From Raja brachyura (taxonomy: Eukaryota): a DNA stretch of 64,000 bases. Positions 11,800 through 23,725 of this stretch are shown in pieces. Positions within the stretch are counted from its first letter, which is position 1, and each line of letters starts with the position of its first letter. The DNA is taken from positions 19,778,001 through 19,842,000 of the forward strand of contig OY740807.1 of NCBI GenBank assembly GCA_963514005.1, written 5' to 3'. The notes under the pieces were generated by a model. The model worked only from the letters and a program-made list of their open reading frames with translations, had not been told where the DNA came from and ran no database searches. The translations under genes were made by a program, and so were the position numbers.

Positions 11800-12273
11800 G
11801 TAAGGAAGTTGCTGACACCGGTGTGTGTATGGTGGGAATGGTGTACGTTACCACACAAGGAAGCTAAACTGCGCTGGGTCTGCCTCAAACATACCTCTCT
11901 ATGGTTTGCCAAATGCCAACCATACTTTTAAACACACATTTCAACTTAATCCATCGATGCCTTCTCCTTACTATAACTTGAATTATTTGTTAACCTGTTG
12001 TGCGTTTTGTTTAAGTAAACATATCTGATTGGTGTTAACATTTTCGTTATTCTTCCGGTACAGAATAATGGTGTTCAGTGATATCTGCTTTCTTGTATAT
12101 CTAGTGAACCTTAGCTAAAAGGAAGTAGGAAAATATGATTGTTACAAAAATGCTGAAGGATAGTTGTTGCCAGTATAGTTAAAGGTGTACAGCTGAAGGA
12201 CAAAACCCTTAAGGATTTTTGGAACAATCATATTCTCCTGTATTGTTCCAGCTATGGTTGGCAGTAAATACTA

Positions 12274-13309
12274 TAGCAATGTTACAAAATTTTGAGATTT
12301 TAAAAATCAAGTCTGCAATTTATCCCATCAGGTAAAGCATAACAAGAAGTTTAATTTGACACCTAATTTACTTTCATATCTTCAGTATTAAGAAAGTTAT
12401 GGCCATTTTCATGCTCGGAAATGAGTATCTTGCTTCCCATTGCCTTTCAATTGACTTAACTCAAAAGCTGTGATCTGGAAAAATTAAAAGCCCATAACTT
12501 TATTAAAAATTAAGAGAACTCAATGAAATTTTCAGTCATTATAGATTGAAGCATTCTGAAACAAATATTAAACAATCTTACTTGGATTACCTGAAATTAA
12601 AGTATATAATTAGTTAGTTATCTAATTGTAGCTAATTACAAAATTCAATGAGTAGATCTAAACATCTATCAATTTCTTAAGAAAAGATAAACTTTTTTTT
12701 AATTGCCTAAGTGTCCAAATAACATTCACACAATAATCCACAATATAACATAATTTTTAAATCTCATTTTCATGAATTTCTGGGCCAAATGGAAGGAATT
12801 TAGTGTTTAATGCCTGTAAATAAATGGCCATTTAAATCAACTAGCGAGTGGGTTTTAGCGGAATGCGGTGGATTGGAACGTTGCGGTTAGCGGTGAAGTC
12901 GGGCGGGAAAATACTGGGGGTTCATACATTTTTTGGGGAACCCATTTCGCAACATTAAAATAGTATTTATGCCTCCCAAAAAACCAACTTTTAATAAAAA
13001 AATAAAGTATTTACCTTTTTTTCTCCCCTACGGAAAATGCTTCCGGTGGTCTGCGGTCACGGCTTTTGAAGGTGATTTTTAAATTACTCTAGTTAACAAA
13101 TAACTTAGAGTAATTTAAAAAATACCTTAATGGATGAAATGTCGGAGCGATTTTTCTTCCGCAATTAAATCGCCCGACATTCATCGATTATCCTGGTCTG
13201 GTGAAAATCGGCACTTTAAGCCCGCCCCCCTCTGACAGGCGCTAAAGTCGCGCACACGGGGAGCGGCAGAAGTGCAGCGCCGCTAAAGGTAAGTTTTGTA
13301 ACATACCTA
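12274..13309. mobile_element. Non-autonomous DNA transposon, TAG...CTA termini, 7-bp TSD
   Basis: TIR TAGcaATGTTACAAAA / TTTTGTAACATacCTA and AATACTA duplicated (12267-12273, 13310-13316). Confidence 0.75.
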
Positions 13310-16300
13310 AATACTAATTGACCATGGGTGTTTTACAAAACTATAAATGTGAAAGTTTTCATTTTGTCTGGTTTAGTTACACTGTGAAGCCTGAGGAAAG
13401 TAGTCTATTTTGCAAGCTGTCAGAATATATTGAATGCTAATGGATTTTAGCAAGTTTTACTTTCTGTATGTGTGTGTGTGTTGCGTTTTAAAATTTGTAA
13501 CATCAAGTAGGCTTAGTGAAAATATTGTATAATTTTTCTGATGCAAGAGTTCTTGTTTATTGATTTGACCAGTTTTCATTTTGAAGTTGTTTTGGATGTT
13601 TTGCCACATTTATTTCAACCAACAGTTGTTACAATGGGTGGTTTATTTTTGCAGTTCAATGTCTATAAATACAATAGCATCACCAGGGGAATGTAACAAT
13701 GAGATGGCCTGTTAGATAAACAGGATTTTGTGGATCTGGTATTTGCCTTCATCAATGTTCAGTATATGGGTAGATAAATTGATTTACTCCAAGATAACGC
13801 CAAGAAACAAATTAAATTGCTTCTAAAAATCTTAGATTTATTTCATTTTCCTTAAAAAAAACATTGCACCAATCATTCTAACTGGTCACATCAAAATGCA
13901 CCTGTCTCTTGTGTTCCCTTTTAAGCTGATACCCAAGTAAGGTTGGTTTCTTCCTCTTTGCCTTGCCTGGCATCCTGTCTTGGAATTGATTGGAATGACT
14001 GTTTCATATTTCCTGTGCTTTTTGTTCATAACAAATAGCAAGGTAGTCTCTGGTTTTTGCCTGTGAATAAGGGACTATGTATGGAATTGCCTGCTTCATA
14101 TCTGCTTTGAAATACATTAATGGCAAATAGTTCAATACTCTAGATCTGAATCTTTTTTTCCAAAATACCCTTGTTAATTTCAGGTACATGGATAGGGCCG
14201 GTTTGGAGGGATATGGGCCAAACGCAAGCAGATGGGACTAGTGTAGCTGGGACATGTTGGCTGGTGTGTGCAAGCGGGCCGAAGGGCCTATTTCCATGCT
14301 GTATGATTCTCTAATTTTGTGTTTGTTAATGTTTCCTTTTCAGCTGGTGAAGGTCAACATATTTTCTTTGGATCTTGCTATCTTTGCTTTAATCTTTGAA
14401 GTAGTATGGTACACGGTTGAATCTTGATTACTGATTTTGACAGTGGCAGAAATATTGTAATTGGTTTCCAGTAGAAGTTTTCATTTATTGGTTTATTTTT
14501 TTTAAGTGCCACTTACTATTTTGGCTGGTGACCAGGCGATTTTTCTTGATTTTTTTTTGGACACGTGTGGATATTATGATGTTCCTGACCTTTAAATTAA
14601 TGCATGTAAACTTGCATGTCGGGTGGCATGTACATTAGGAAAGATATAAATGTTCGGGAGATCGTGGAAGATAGAAAATTGGTGAATTGAGTCTTGAGAC
14701 TCAATTGAAAATGGGATGGGTAGCATCCCATTGCTTCTAATGAAGCATTGCCCAAAAACAAAGAACACTGTGAACAAGGAGGAAGTTTGTAGGTAAGCCA
14801 AGTTTGCAAGAATAACAATTGTATTCATATACAGTGTAATCCATTTTTTAAACAAAATGCTATGACAGTCGGTGCAATTTTATAGACACACAAGTTGTGA
14901 ATTACTTTATAACAGTGTTTATGGTAAACACCTATGATTTCGAAGGATTCATTCAGTTGCAATAAATCTGAAGTTTCTGTCAGGTTTTGATATTTCTAAA
15001 AATCTCTATTATTCATCTACTAGTCTCTAACCATTTCCATGTGAATATGAACCCAAAATCTTCCGCTCCTCTGACTGTTAATGGACTTCCGCCTCTTTCC
15101 GTATCATTTTCAGCAGTGTATCTGCTATAGTACTCCATGTTAACTCTTTATTTCTCATTGTCAATATATAACCATCTGTCTTTCCATTTCTATGAATACA
15201 TTGTGCCTTAACAATGAACTAATAGCACCTATGTGAATACAATTGCTATTCTTGCAAACTTTGTCCTCCCTACAAACTTCCTCCTTGCTCGCAGTGTTCT
15301 TTATTTTTAGCCAATGCATTTTCATTAACATTTAAACTGCCAACAGAGGGTCCTGATACAAAATCTCGCCACCCCATGTTCTCCAGAGATGCTGCCTGAC
15401 CCAATAGGTTACACCAGCATTTTTAAAAAATAATTTTCAAGAAGAATCTCCATTGCAATTTGCTAAAATAATTCACTAATGATACCATGTGGTTGCTGAT
15501 CGTAAAGAAAAAATAATCATGAACTATTTTGTTTTAAATTGAAGAAAATTTGTATCAGTAAGTGGGTACTTTTAAATTTCAAGACTATTTCTAACATTCA
15601 GATATTTCAGAAAATTTGAATATTAACGTGTGAATTGGTTGATTAATTTTGCTTTCTATGTGCCAGCTAGGAAATTGAGCATTCTGTTCTTAACATTTCT
15701 GAGCATTTTAAGGTTAAGCCAAAATTTAAAAGCTTTGAACTAAATATAAAAAACACAAACTGGCTCAAAAGAAATACTGATTTGACCAGGGAACGACAGG
15801 TTTAAATATGGCCAAAGAACTTGATGGATTGAAAACAATATGTGACAATTTGTGAGTTTTTTTAAGGCGTCCCCATTCTTGAATTTTTGTTGGACGACGT
15901 TCACAGATTTCAGCAACTTTACCTTTATTTCAAATGGCAGTGCTTACAATGATTATGACGCATACATTTTAAAATGAAATTTCGATAATTTGCTTGCAAA
16001 TATACTTTGATTTTTATGTAGTTTCCATCTGTTTTAGTTGAGTAGCCAGGGTTGTAAGACTGTAAGTATCTAGATAAATTGAAATGGATAGTAATAGCAT
16101 TTTTTTTTATTAAGTAGTGTTATTGTGGTGTGTAATTACAGATCACTATCCCAAAGGTGAGGTGAAGACTGCTGCCAATTCAGGTGAGTGTGTGCTGCCT
16201 GCCCTGGTCCTCATCAAAATAGATTAATTGTTGAAGCAGGTAAATGTGTCCAATGCAGCCTTCACCTTCTGAGATTACACAAGAGATGTTCACAGAATTA

Positions 16301-16912
16301 TCTGTATAATCTGTAGCCAGAGCAAAAGACTAATACTGCTTCAATTTCAGAAATCTTGAGAATTTTATGAAGGCAGTCAACATGTAGCTACCGTAAGTTC
16401 CTGAGGGTAATATAATTCTAGGTTAGGGTTTCAAATTAGGATGGCTGAATGAATGCACAACACAACATTGTTTGGTTCTACCATATGGTATGGATCTCTT
16501 TTATGCATTACATGTAAAAGTCTTGTTAAAGCCAGTATGAAAAATGATATGCACTGAATGCCCATGTGTTGAAATACTTCATTATTATATTTGAATAATC
16601 AACTGATCATTCTACAAGTTATTTTATAAACTTGGTCATTCTTAAACTTGAGTTAATGTTTATTTAATCTTGTACTTGCCACTAATAAAATGGCTTGCTT
16701 TGTGCAAACTAGGCTTGAATCTGGGCAAACCCAGAAATTAGTGGTAAGAAAATTACTTACAATTTTCTATTACGTTGAGCTGTTTTGTTGGTTAATTTCA
16801 AAATGTGTTAATGCAACATTTGGAAAAATAAACACTTTATTTGTATCTCAAAGTGCTTACTTTGTAAGTGATCACTTGTGTAGTCCAATGTAGAATCTGA
16901 TTTGCACATGTA

Positions 16913-18150
16913 CAGGGCTCTCGCTTAACTTTTTTTTCCCTGTTGCCAGCTGGGCAACCTTGGCAGCTTTTTAGGTTGCCAATTGACAGGTTAGGTGGTC
17001 ATTTAAGATGGCTTGCATGATGCATGCGATAATGTGCTCGGACGAAGTGTGTAGTTACCAGTCGGAATAATACTCAATGAAGCACTCACATATTATTTCT
17101 GCTTAGAGTCGCAAACTAAACACCAATCAAGACATGAAATATACCACAATGACATGCAGCTAAATTATAAGACAGTATCTCAACTCTTTTTACACATTGC
17201 AATGAATGCAATTTCTATTAGTTCTTTCCACTTCCAAACAAAAATGTGGTTAGATTATTCAGTGTATGATCAACCTGTGTCAATAAATCCTGGACCATGG
17301 TAACATATATGCGTACGTATAGTTGTGAATGTTGCTCATTAAATAACTACAGTACTGATACTCCATATTAAGAGCATTGATTTGCCGTTAAAATGAATTC
17401 TGTAATAACGTGTCAACGGCAGCAGTGACAATCGAACACTGCAGTTTTAATGTTTCACGTGTTCACAATTTAATTAATCCGTCTTTATGGATTAAAACAA
17501 ATAATAACATTGGGAATTAAAATGCATTTGATTGCATTCCGTTATCAAACATAGTTAATGTTCGCTTTGAAGATATTTCCAGCACAGTCGGGGGGGGGGG
17601 GGGTGAATCAGTGTGGGGTGGATAGATGGCCGGGTGGGGTTAGAAGGCAGGCAGTGCAGAATGGATGGATTGAGGCAGGTGAATTAGTACGTGTTGGTTG
17701 GAGTAGGTAAAATTGTGAGGGCAGAGCACCGGGGATGTCAGTGGTGTTGAATGCGGGGGTTCATTACGCGATGGATGAGGGTAGACTAAGGTGCTGGAGA
17801 AACTCAGTGGGTGAGGCAGCATCTATGGAGTGAAGGAAATAGGCAACGTTTCGGGTCGAGACCCTTCTTCAGACTGTTCCCCACATTCTTCTTGAATGGG
17901 AGGATCAGTCCAGGATGGATGGTGGGGGGGGGGGGGGGGGGGAAGATCAGCGCAGGAAGAATGGGAGGGGGTGGTCAGTACAGTGTGGAACGGAGGGTCT
18001 GTGCAGGATGAATGGAGAATCACTACAGGATGAATGAGAGGGAGGTGCAGGGTATATGGAGGGTGGGTCATTACGGGATAAATGCAGGATGGATGGAGTA
18101 GAAGTGCAGGATGAATGGGAAAGGGGGAAGTACAGGGTGAATTGGGGAAC
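16913..18150. mobile_element. Truncated second copy of the hAT-like element
   Basis: Colinear with 6858-8650, including the G-rich repeats. No right TIR visible. Confidence 0.8.
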
Positions 18151-18434
18151 CCACAACCTTCTAACTCTTTCAGTAAGAGCGCTACCTCCTGCCCTGACTT
18201 TATGCTTAATTATGGAAGATTTGTGCAATGCCTTTCAGTCATATGACATTGTCCTGAAGTGAAAATATCACCATCCAGTCATGCTTCTTGGTAAACGGCA
18301 TTTTCACTTCAGGACATTGGCCTGACACATGCCAATGGCTCATTTCCCAAGCTGCGTTGCCTACAGGATTTATCCATAGCTAAAATTCCATTTAACAGAA
18401 TGGGAGGCCCATGTCAGAAAGAGGCCAAACGCGA

Positions 18435-18600
18435 CCTATGAGGATCTGAATCCCATTCCCATGCCGACCTTTCTGTCCTGGGCCACCGCCATTGCCAGAG
18501 TGAGGCCACGCACAAATCGGAGGAACGGTATTTGTAATTCCAACAGTATGAATATTGAATTCTCCAATTTTAGGTAACTAACACCTGGCCCCTTTATTTT
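18435..18600 (+). mobile_element. Penelope GIY-YIG C-terminal fragment
   Basis: Reverse complement of 4590-4740-like sequence (ctttctgtcctgggcc...attgccagagtgag...aatattgaattctccaatttt). Confidence 0.7.
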
Positions 18601-18703
18601 CACTGCCCCTTCTCTCCCCTCTGCCTCACTTGGACACGCACCTCCAGCTCTCTGTTTTTTGTAAGCTGTCATTTGCAGTTCCCTGTTTCTATATTTCTTA
18701 AAG

Positions 18704-19289
18704 GTTGGGAGACTCTAGTGCATGGAGGGACTGGGCTCTGTGGGGTGACTCCCGGCCGGGCTCCTCCTGCATCTCACCAGGTTCAAGGCCTGTGCGCTGC
18801 ACCTCTTTCTCCTTCTCCGAGCATTTCATTCTCGCCTGATGGATGTTTAGGCCACAATGGTTCATTAGGCCTTTCCGTAGCTTTGTTGGGTGTCTTTCTC
18901 ACGAAATACACAGACTGGGGTGCTAACCCAGCCTTTCCCGGTGCCGTCTTTCCGTGCCGTCAACTGTCTCTCCAGTAGTCACCAAACTATTCTTGGTTGT
19001 CACCCAGTCTATTCCTAGGTGCCACTGGCTGAGCCAGACTTCAATGTGAAAAATATACATCTTCTAGATGCGCTGGGACGCACCCTCAGTGATGTGACCT
19101 GGGGTCATCGGGTGTTTTGGGTCTCGCAACATCAGACGCCCTCGCCCAGGCGACCCAGCCGGGGTTGATTAGGCCCCGACTTGCGTCCCAGCAGCAACCA
19201 CCCACGGATAAGCCATCTTAATAACTACTCTGCAGGAGTTGGGAGATTCTAGTGCATGGAGGGACTGGGCTCTGTGGGGTGACTCCCGG
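18704..19289 (-). mobile_element. Rearranged fragment of an R2-group (Hero-like) non-LTR retrotransposon
   Basis: Minus-strand peptides GLNIHQARMKC...EVQRTG...ESPHRAQSLH (N-terminal zinc-finger region) and PWVVAAGTQVGA* plus 3' UTR-like sequence. 52-bp direct repeats at 18704-18755 and 19238-19289. Family assigned from recalled fish Hero sequences. Confidence 0.6.
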
Positions 19290-20261
19290 TAGGGAGTTCC
19301 AGGATTGAGATCCAGAGGGGAAATTGGTGATGTTCTAGAGTACCTGCTACACTCATTGTCCATGGTTGAAGTAGCTTAAGAAAGTAACTGCAGTGCATTT
19401 GTATATCGTACACACTGCAGTCAAAGTGTGACCTTGATGGAGATAATAAATGCTCAGAGTGTTAGCTAGACTGCAAGGAAAGCAGATTGTTTTGTACCTG
19501 ATGAGTAAGACGTAAGCTGACTTGTAGGACATGAAAGACTTTGAGGCATCAAGCACTGCAGGATACCCACTTTCGGACCTCTTGTATTCATGGTATTTGT
19601 CTGGCAGGTTCATTTAAGTTTCTGATCATTGACACCATAGTAGGGTTAATACTGCCTCAAAATCTGGGTTAGTCACCCTCACCTCCCTCCTTTCTGGAAT
19701 TCAGTTTCTTGGTCCATGTTTAAACCAAGGCTGTGATGAAATATTGAAGTGCGTGGTCTTGGCCAATCCTAACTAAAGATTAGTGAATAAGTACCTTTTA
19801 ACAGTACCATCAATTACACTTTTAATAATATTGCTAATGACTGAGACCAGACTGAGTTGGAATTAGTCAGATTAGTTTTGTTCTGCTTTAAATAACACCC
19901 ATCGGGAAAATGTCTTACGTAATTGGACGCATGTCACTTGCAACCGTTCGAGAGTAACTTTATGGGATAAGTTCTCCAGCAGAAGTCTTTAACACTACAG
20001 CTGGGTTGATATCCAGTCTCATAAAATTTGCTAACTCTTGTACTCATATTTATACTGATATTAAGTGAACTAAATCAAATTGTTTGAAGACTGATTGTGG
20101 ACATATCAGAAAGAAGCCAAGATGAATCATCCACCCATACCTCTGTCCAACTGGCTGAACATGGCTGCAAGTGGAAGCATTTGTTGAGAATAGAAGTGTT
20201 TTTGGAACTGTTAACTCCATTAGGCAGTTTAGGTGTCCATCACCATGGAAACACACCAAGA

Positions 20262-20510
20262 GTAGACACACATGCTGGAGTAACTCAGCGGGTGAGGCGG
20301 CATCTCTGGAGAGAGGGAATAGGTGACGTTTCGGGTCGAGACCCTTCTTCAGACTGATGTCAGGGGAGGGGGTAGGACAAAGAAAGAAAACTACCCAAGC
20401 AAAATATGAGGTGCTCTTTGTCCAATTTGTGCTGGGCCTCACTCTGACAATGGAGGAGGCCCAGTACAGAGAGGTCAGATTGGGAATGGGAGGGGAGTTG
20501 AAGTGCTGGG
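20262..20510 (-). mobile_element. Penelope 3' fragment with intact hammerhead core
   Basis: Minus strand AGT-CTGAAGA-A-GGGTCTCGACCC-GAAA-CGTC-ACC (20322-20355) next to GIY-YIG C-terminal sequence. Confidence 0.8.
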
Positions 20511-20842
20511 CCAATACTATACATAAATACAATCAAATCAAACTCAAGTACAATAAATAGAGCAGATGGGATGGTACAGAGTGCAGAATATAGTTCTCAC
20601 CAATGCAGAGCATCAGTTCAGTAGACAAAGACCAATGTCCACAATGTGGTAGAGGAGGACCAGGAAATTCCAGTGCCCCAGCTTCTGATCCGAGTGGACA
20701 GCGTGCAAAACAAAACCTTTCACTGGATCTCGTCACAGTAATAATTTTGACCCCAAACTGATTTATTTGTCTCTGCTGCGTTAACTTCTGTTGATTTAAT
20801 TTTTCTCAGTTGTCCACTTTAAAATTCCAATTCAGTGGGAAA

Positions 20843-21342
20843 TTGCAGTTGTATAGAGCTCTGGTGAGACCACATCTGGAGTATTGTGTCCAGTTTTGGT
20901 CTCCTAATTTGAGGAAGGACATCCTTGTGATTGAGGCAGTGCAGTGTAGGTTCACGAGATTGATCCCTGGGATGGCGGGACTGTCATATGAGGAAAGATT
21001 GAAAAGCCTAGGCTTGTATTCACTGGAGTTTAGAAGGATGAGGAGAATTCTTATAGAAACATATTAAATGTTGGGCGAGTCCAGAACCAAGGGCCACTGT
21101 GTTAGAATAAAGGGGAAGCCATTTAAGACTGAGGTGAGAAAAAACGTTTTCACCCAGAGTTGTGAATTTGTGGAATTCCCTGCCACAGAGGGCAGTGGAG
21201 GCCAAGTCACTGGATGGATTTAAGAGAGAGTTAGATAGAGCTCTAGGGGCTAGTGAAATCAAGGGATATGGGGAGAAGACAGGCACGGGTTATTGATTGG
21301 GGACGATCGGCCTCCTCCTGCACCTATTTTCTATGTTTCTAT
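20843..21342 (+). mobile_element. CR1 (HER1-like) LINE 3' fragment
   Basis: [19 protein letters not shown]...YEERL peptide and (TTTCTATG) tail. Confidence 0.9.
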
Positions 21343-22030
21343 GAAAACATAATGTGGCAGGATGGAACAGTTTGGATAGCAACAAGGAGTATAGCAAGTT
21401 CAGAGTAGAAGTGAAAAATGAAATTACATTAAAAGCATGTGTCAAAATCGATTGGTAACTTGTTGGATTCACTTTAATGTTATCTTCAGGCTTACAAACA
21501 TTAAATGGGTAATAAGAAGAGGGATGAGGTCAATTAGGAATTAAAAAGATCCATCTGTAGAAATTAAGAGCATCGCTTTGTAAAGAAGGCTTTCCAAAGT
21601 TTACTTTTAAAGAAAGGGTAGCTGGGGCACGGGATGGACTGAAAATCAAAGAAATGTAAGTTTAGGAAAGGCTAGCCATAAAATAAACATCACCATTTCC
21701 TAGGTTGCAGTGGTAGGAAATTATGAGGGGAAATACCATAATTTTCCAATCTGCTTTAGACAAGTGGTTTGCTGCAAGAAACTTAAATCCAGGCAAAACT
21801 CGGTTGATCAAGAATGCGATAATACAAGAAAGCCACCATGGGTTTGTTTAAAAACAAATCGTGTTGAATTTTTATTGTGATAACAGTGATTATGACAACA
21901 CTGCAACTGTTATGTGTGTATCGAGTTCAGAACACATTTGTACAAACAAGCAGCAGTAAAGTTAATAGGAAACTGGGAATATGCATTATAGGATGGTGAT
22001 GGCTGTTGCTCTTTGGACTTCAAGGACATA

Positions 22031-22142
22031 AACTGCCCTCCATAATGTTTGGGACAAAGACCCGTCATTTGTTTATTTGCCTCTGTACTCTACAATTTAA
22101 GATTTGTAATAGAACAAAATCACATGTGGTTAAAGTGCACAT
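22031..22142. mobile_element. Tc1 left-TIR fragment fused to a CR1
   Basis: TA|AACTGCCCTCCATAATGTTTGGGACAAAGACC... matches the TIRs at 1991 and 34344. Confidence 0.85.
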
Positions 22143-23293
22143 GAAGGGGAAATCCTGTTTGACTAATCTTCTGGAATTTTTTGAGGATGTGACCTGCAAA
22201 ATGGATGAAGGAGAGCCAGTGGATGTAGTATATCTGGACTTTCAGAAAGCCTTTGATAAGGTCCCGCACAGGAAATTAGTGGACAAAATTAGAGCACATG
22301 GTATTTGGGGTAGGATATCGACATGGATAGAGAATTGGTTGGCAGAGTAGGAATAAACGGGTCCCTGTCAGAATGGCAGGCAGTGGCGAGTGGAGTGCCA
22401 CAAGGCTCAGTGCTGGGGCAGCAACTATTTACAATATAAATGATTTGGATGATGAAATTAGAAGTAACGCTAGCCAGATTTGCAGATGACACAAAGCTGG
22501 GTGGCAGTGTGAACTGCGAAGCGGATGCTAGGAGGTTGCAGGGTGAGCTGAACAGGTTAAGTGAGTGGGCAGATGCAGTATAATGTAGATAAATGTGAGG
22601 TTATACACTTTCATGGCAAGATCAAGGAGGAAGATTATTATCTCAATGGTGTCAGATTAGGAAAAGGGGAATTACAACGAGACCTGACTGTCCTTGTACA
22701 CCAGTCACTGAAAGTAAACATGCAGGTACAGCAGGCAGTGAAGAAACCTCATGGCATGATGGCCTTCATAACGAGAGGATTTGAGTATAGGAGTAAAGTG
22801 GTCCTTCTGCAGTTGTACAGGGACTGGTGAGACCATATCTGGAGTATTATGTGCAGTTTTGGTCTCCTGATTTGAGGAAGGACATCCTTGCTATTGAGGC
22901 AGTGCAGTGTAGGTTCACAAGGTTAATCCCCGGGATGGCAAGACTGTCATATCAGAAAAGATTGGAAAGACTGGGCTTGTGTTCACTAGAATTTAGAAGT
23001 ATGAGAAGTACTTATAGTAACGTATAAAATTATAAAAGGACTGGACAAGCTAGATGCAGGAAAAATGTTCCCAATGTTGGGGGAGTCCAGAACCAGGGGC
23101 CACAGTCTAAGAATAAAGGCCATTTGTAGGCCATTTAAAACTGAGATGAAAAAAACTTTTTCATCCAGAGAGTTGTGAATTTGTGGAATTATCTGCCATT
23201 GAAGGCAGTAGAGGATGAATTTAAAAGAGAGTTAGATAGAGCTCTTGGGGCTAGCGGGAATTGAGGGATATGGGGAGAAGGCAGGCACTGGTT
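22143..23293 (+). mobile_element. CR1 (HER1-like) LINE, 5'-truncated
   Basis: KGKSCLTNLLEFFE...VYLDFQKAFDKVPH, FADDTKLG and RPYLEYYVQFWSP in broken frames. Confidence 0.92.
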
Positions 23294-23394
23294 ACTTCAC
23301 ATTTTCCTACAGTAAATTCTGTTTGCCAACTTTTCGCCCACCTTTTTGCCCAACTTTTCGCCCACCCGCTCAACCACGACGCTTGTGCCAGATT

Positions 23395-23725
23395 CGAGTT
23401 CTTGAATTTTAAACAGCCTTCTCCTCAATCAGCCTGTGCTGTGTTGGTGCACTGAAGATGATGGTGCATCTCATCATCCATCTTCCTACCATCTTCCATA
23501 TTTTCCATCATCTAGCCTTGTGCTTTCAACGAAGGAGGGGTCGTGTTGGAACATGCTGATAGAGGACTTCTCTCGTTGAAGGTATGATGGTAAGGCCCAT
23601 CCTCTTGAATGCTTCAGTGAAAGAGGCAATGACGACTTGGAGCTCGAAGCTCTGTGAAAATACCTGCATATCTGCGAACAGAACAACAGAGGAGGATGAC
23701 TGAATGTTGGTGATTTCCCTCACAG
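23395..23725 (-). mobile_element. RTE-clade LINE fragment
   Basis: LFADMQVFSQSFELQVVIASFTEAFKRMGLTII resembles the RTE/BovB RT region after YADD. Confidence 0.55.

Larger units (their letters stand above)
10950..11800. promoter_or_regulatory. CpG island / bidirectional promoter between RFC2 (-) and RFFL (+)
   Basis: High CpG density in an otherwise CpG-poor window. E2F-like TTCCCGCG 11131-11138, CRE-like TTACGTCA 11148-11155 and CCACGTCA 11174-11181, ETS ACCGGAAAT 11300-11308, tandem GC boxes 11534-11548. Confidence 0.8.

Noticed and set aside
10819-11912. ORF-track ORFs across the CpG island
   Set aside because: Stop-poor GC-rich sequence. The real coding part is RFC2 exon 1 in a different frame.
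19085-19135. Hammerhead in the Hero-like 3' UTR (minus strand CTGATGTTG...CCCAAAAC)
   Set aside because: Lacks the CUGANGA and GAAA core and a clear stem II.
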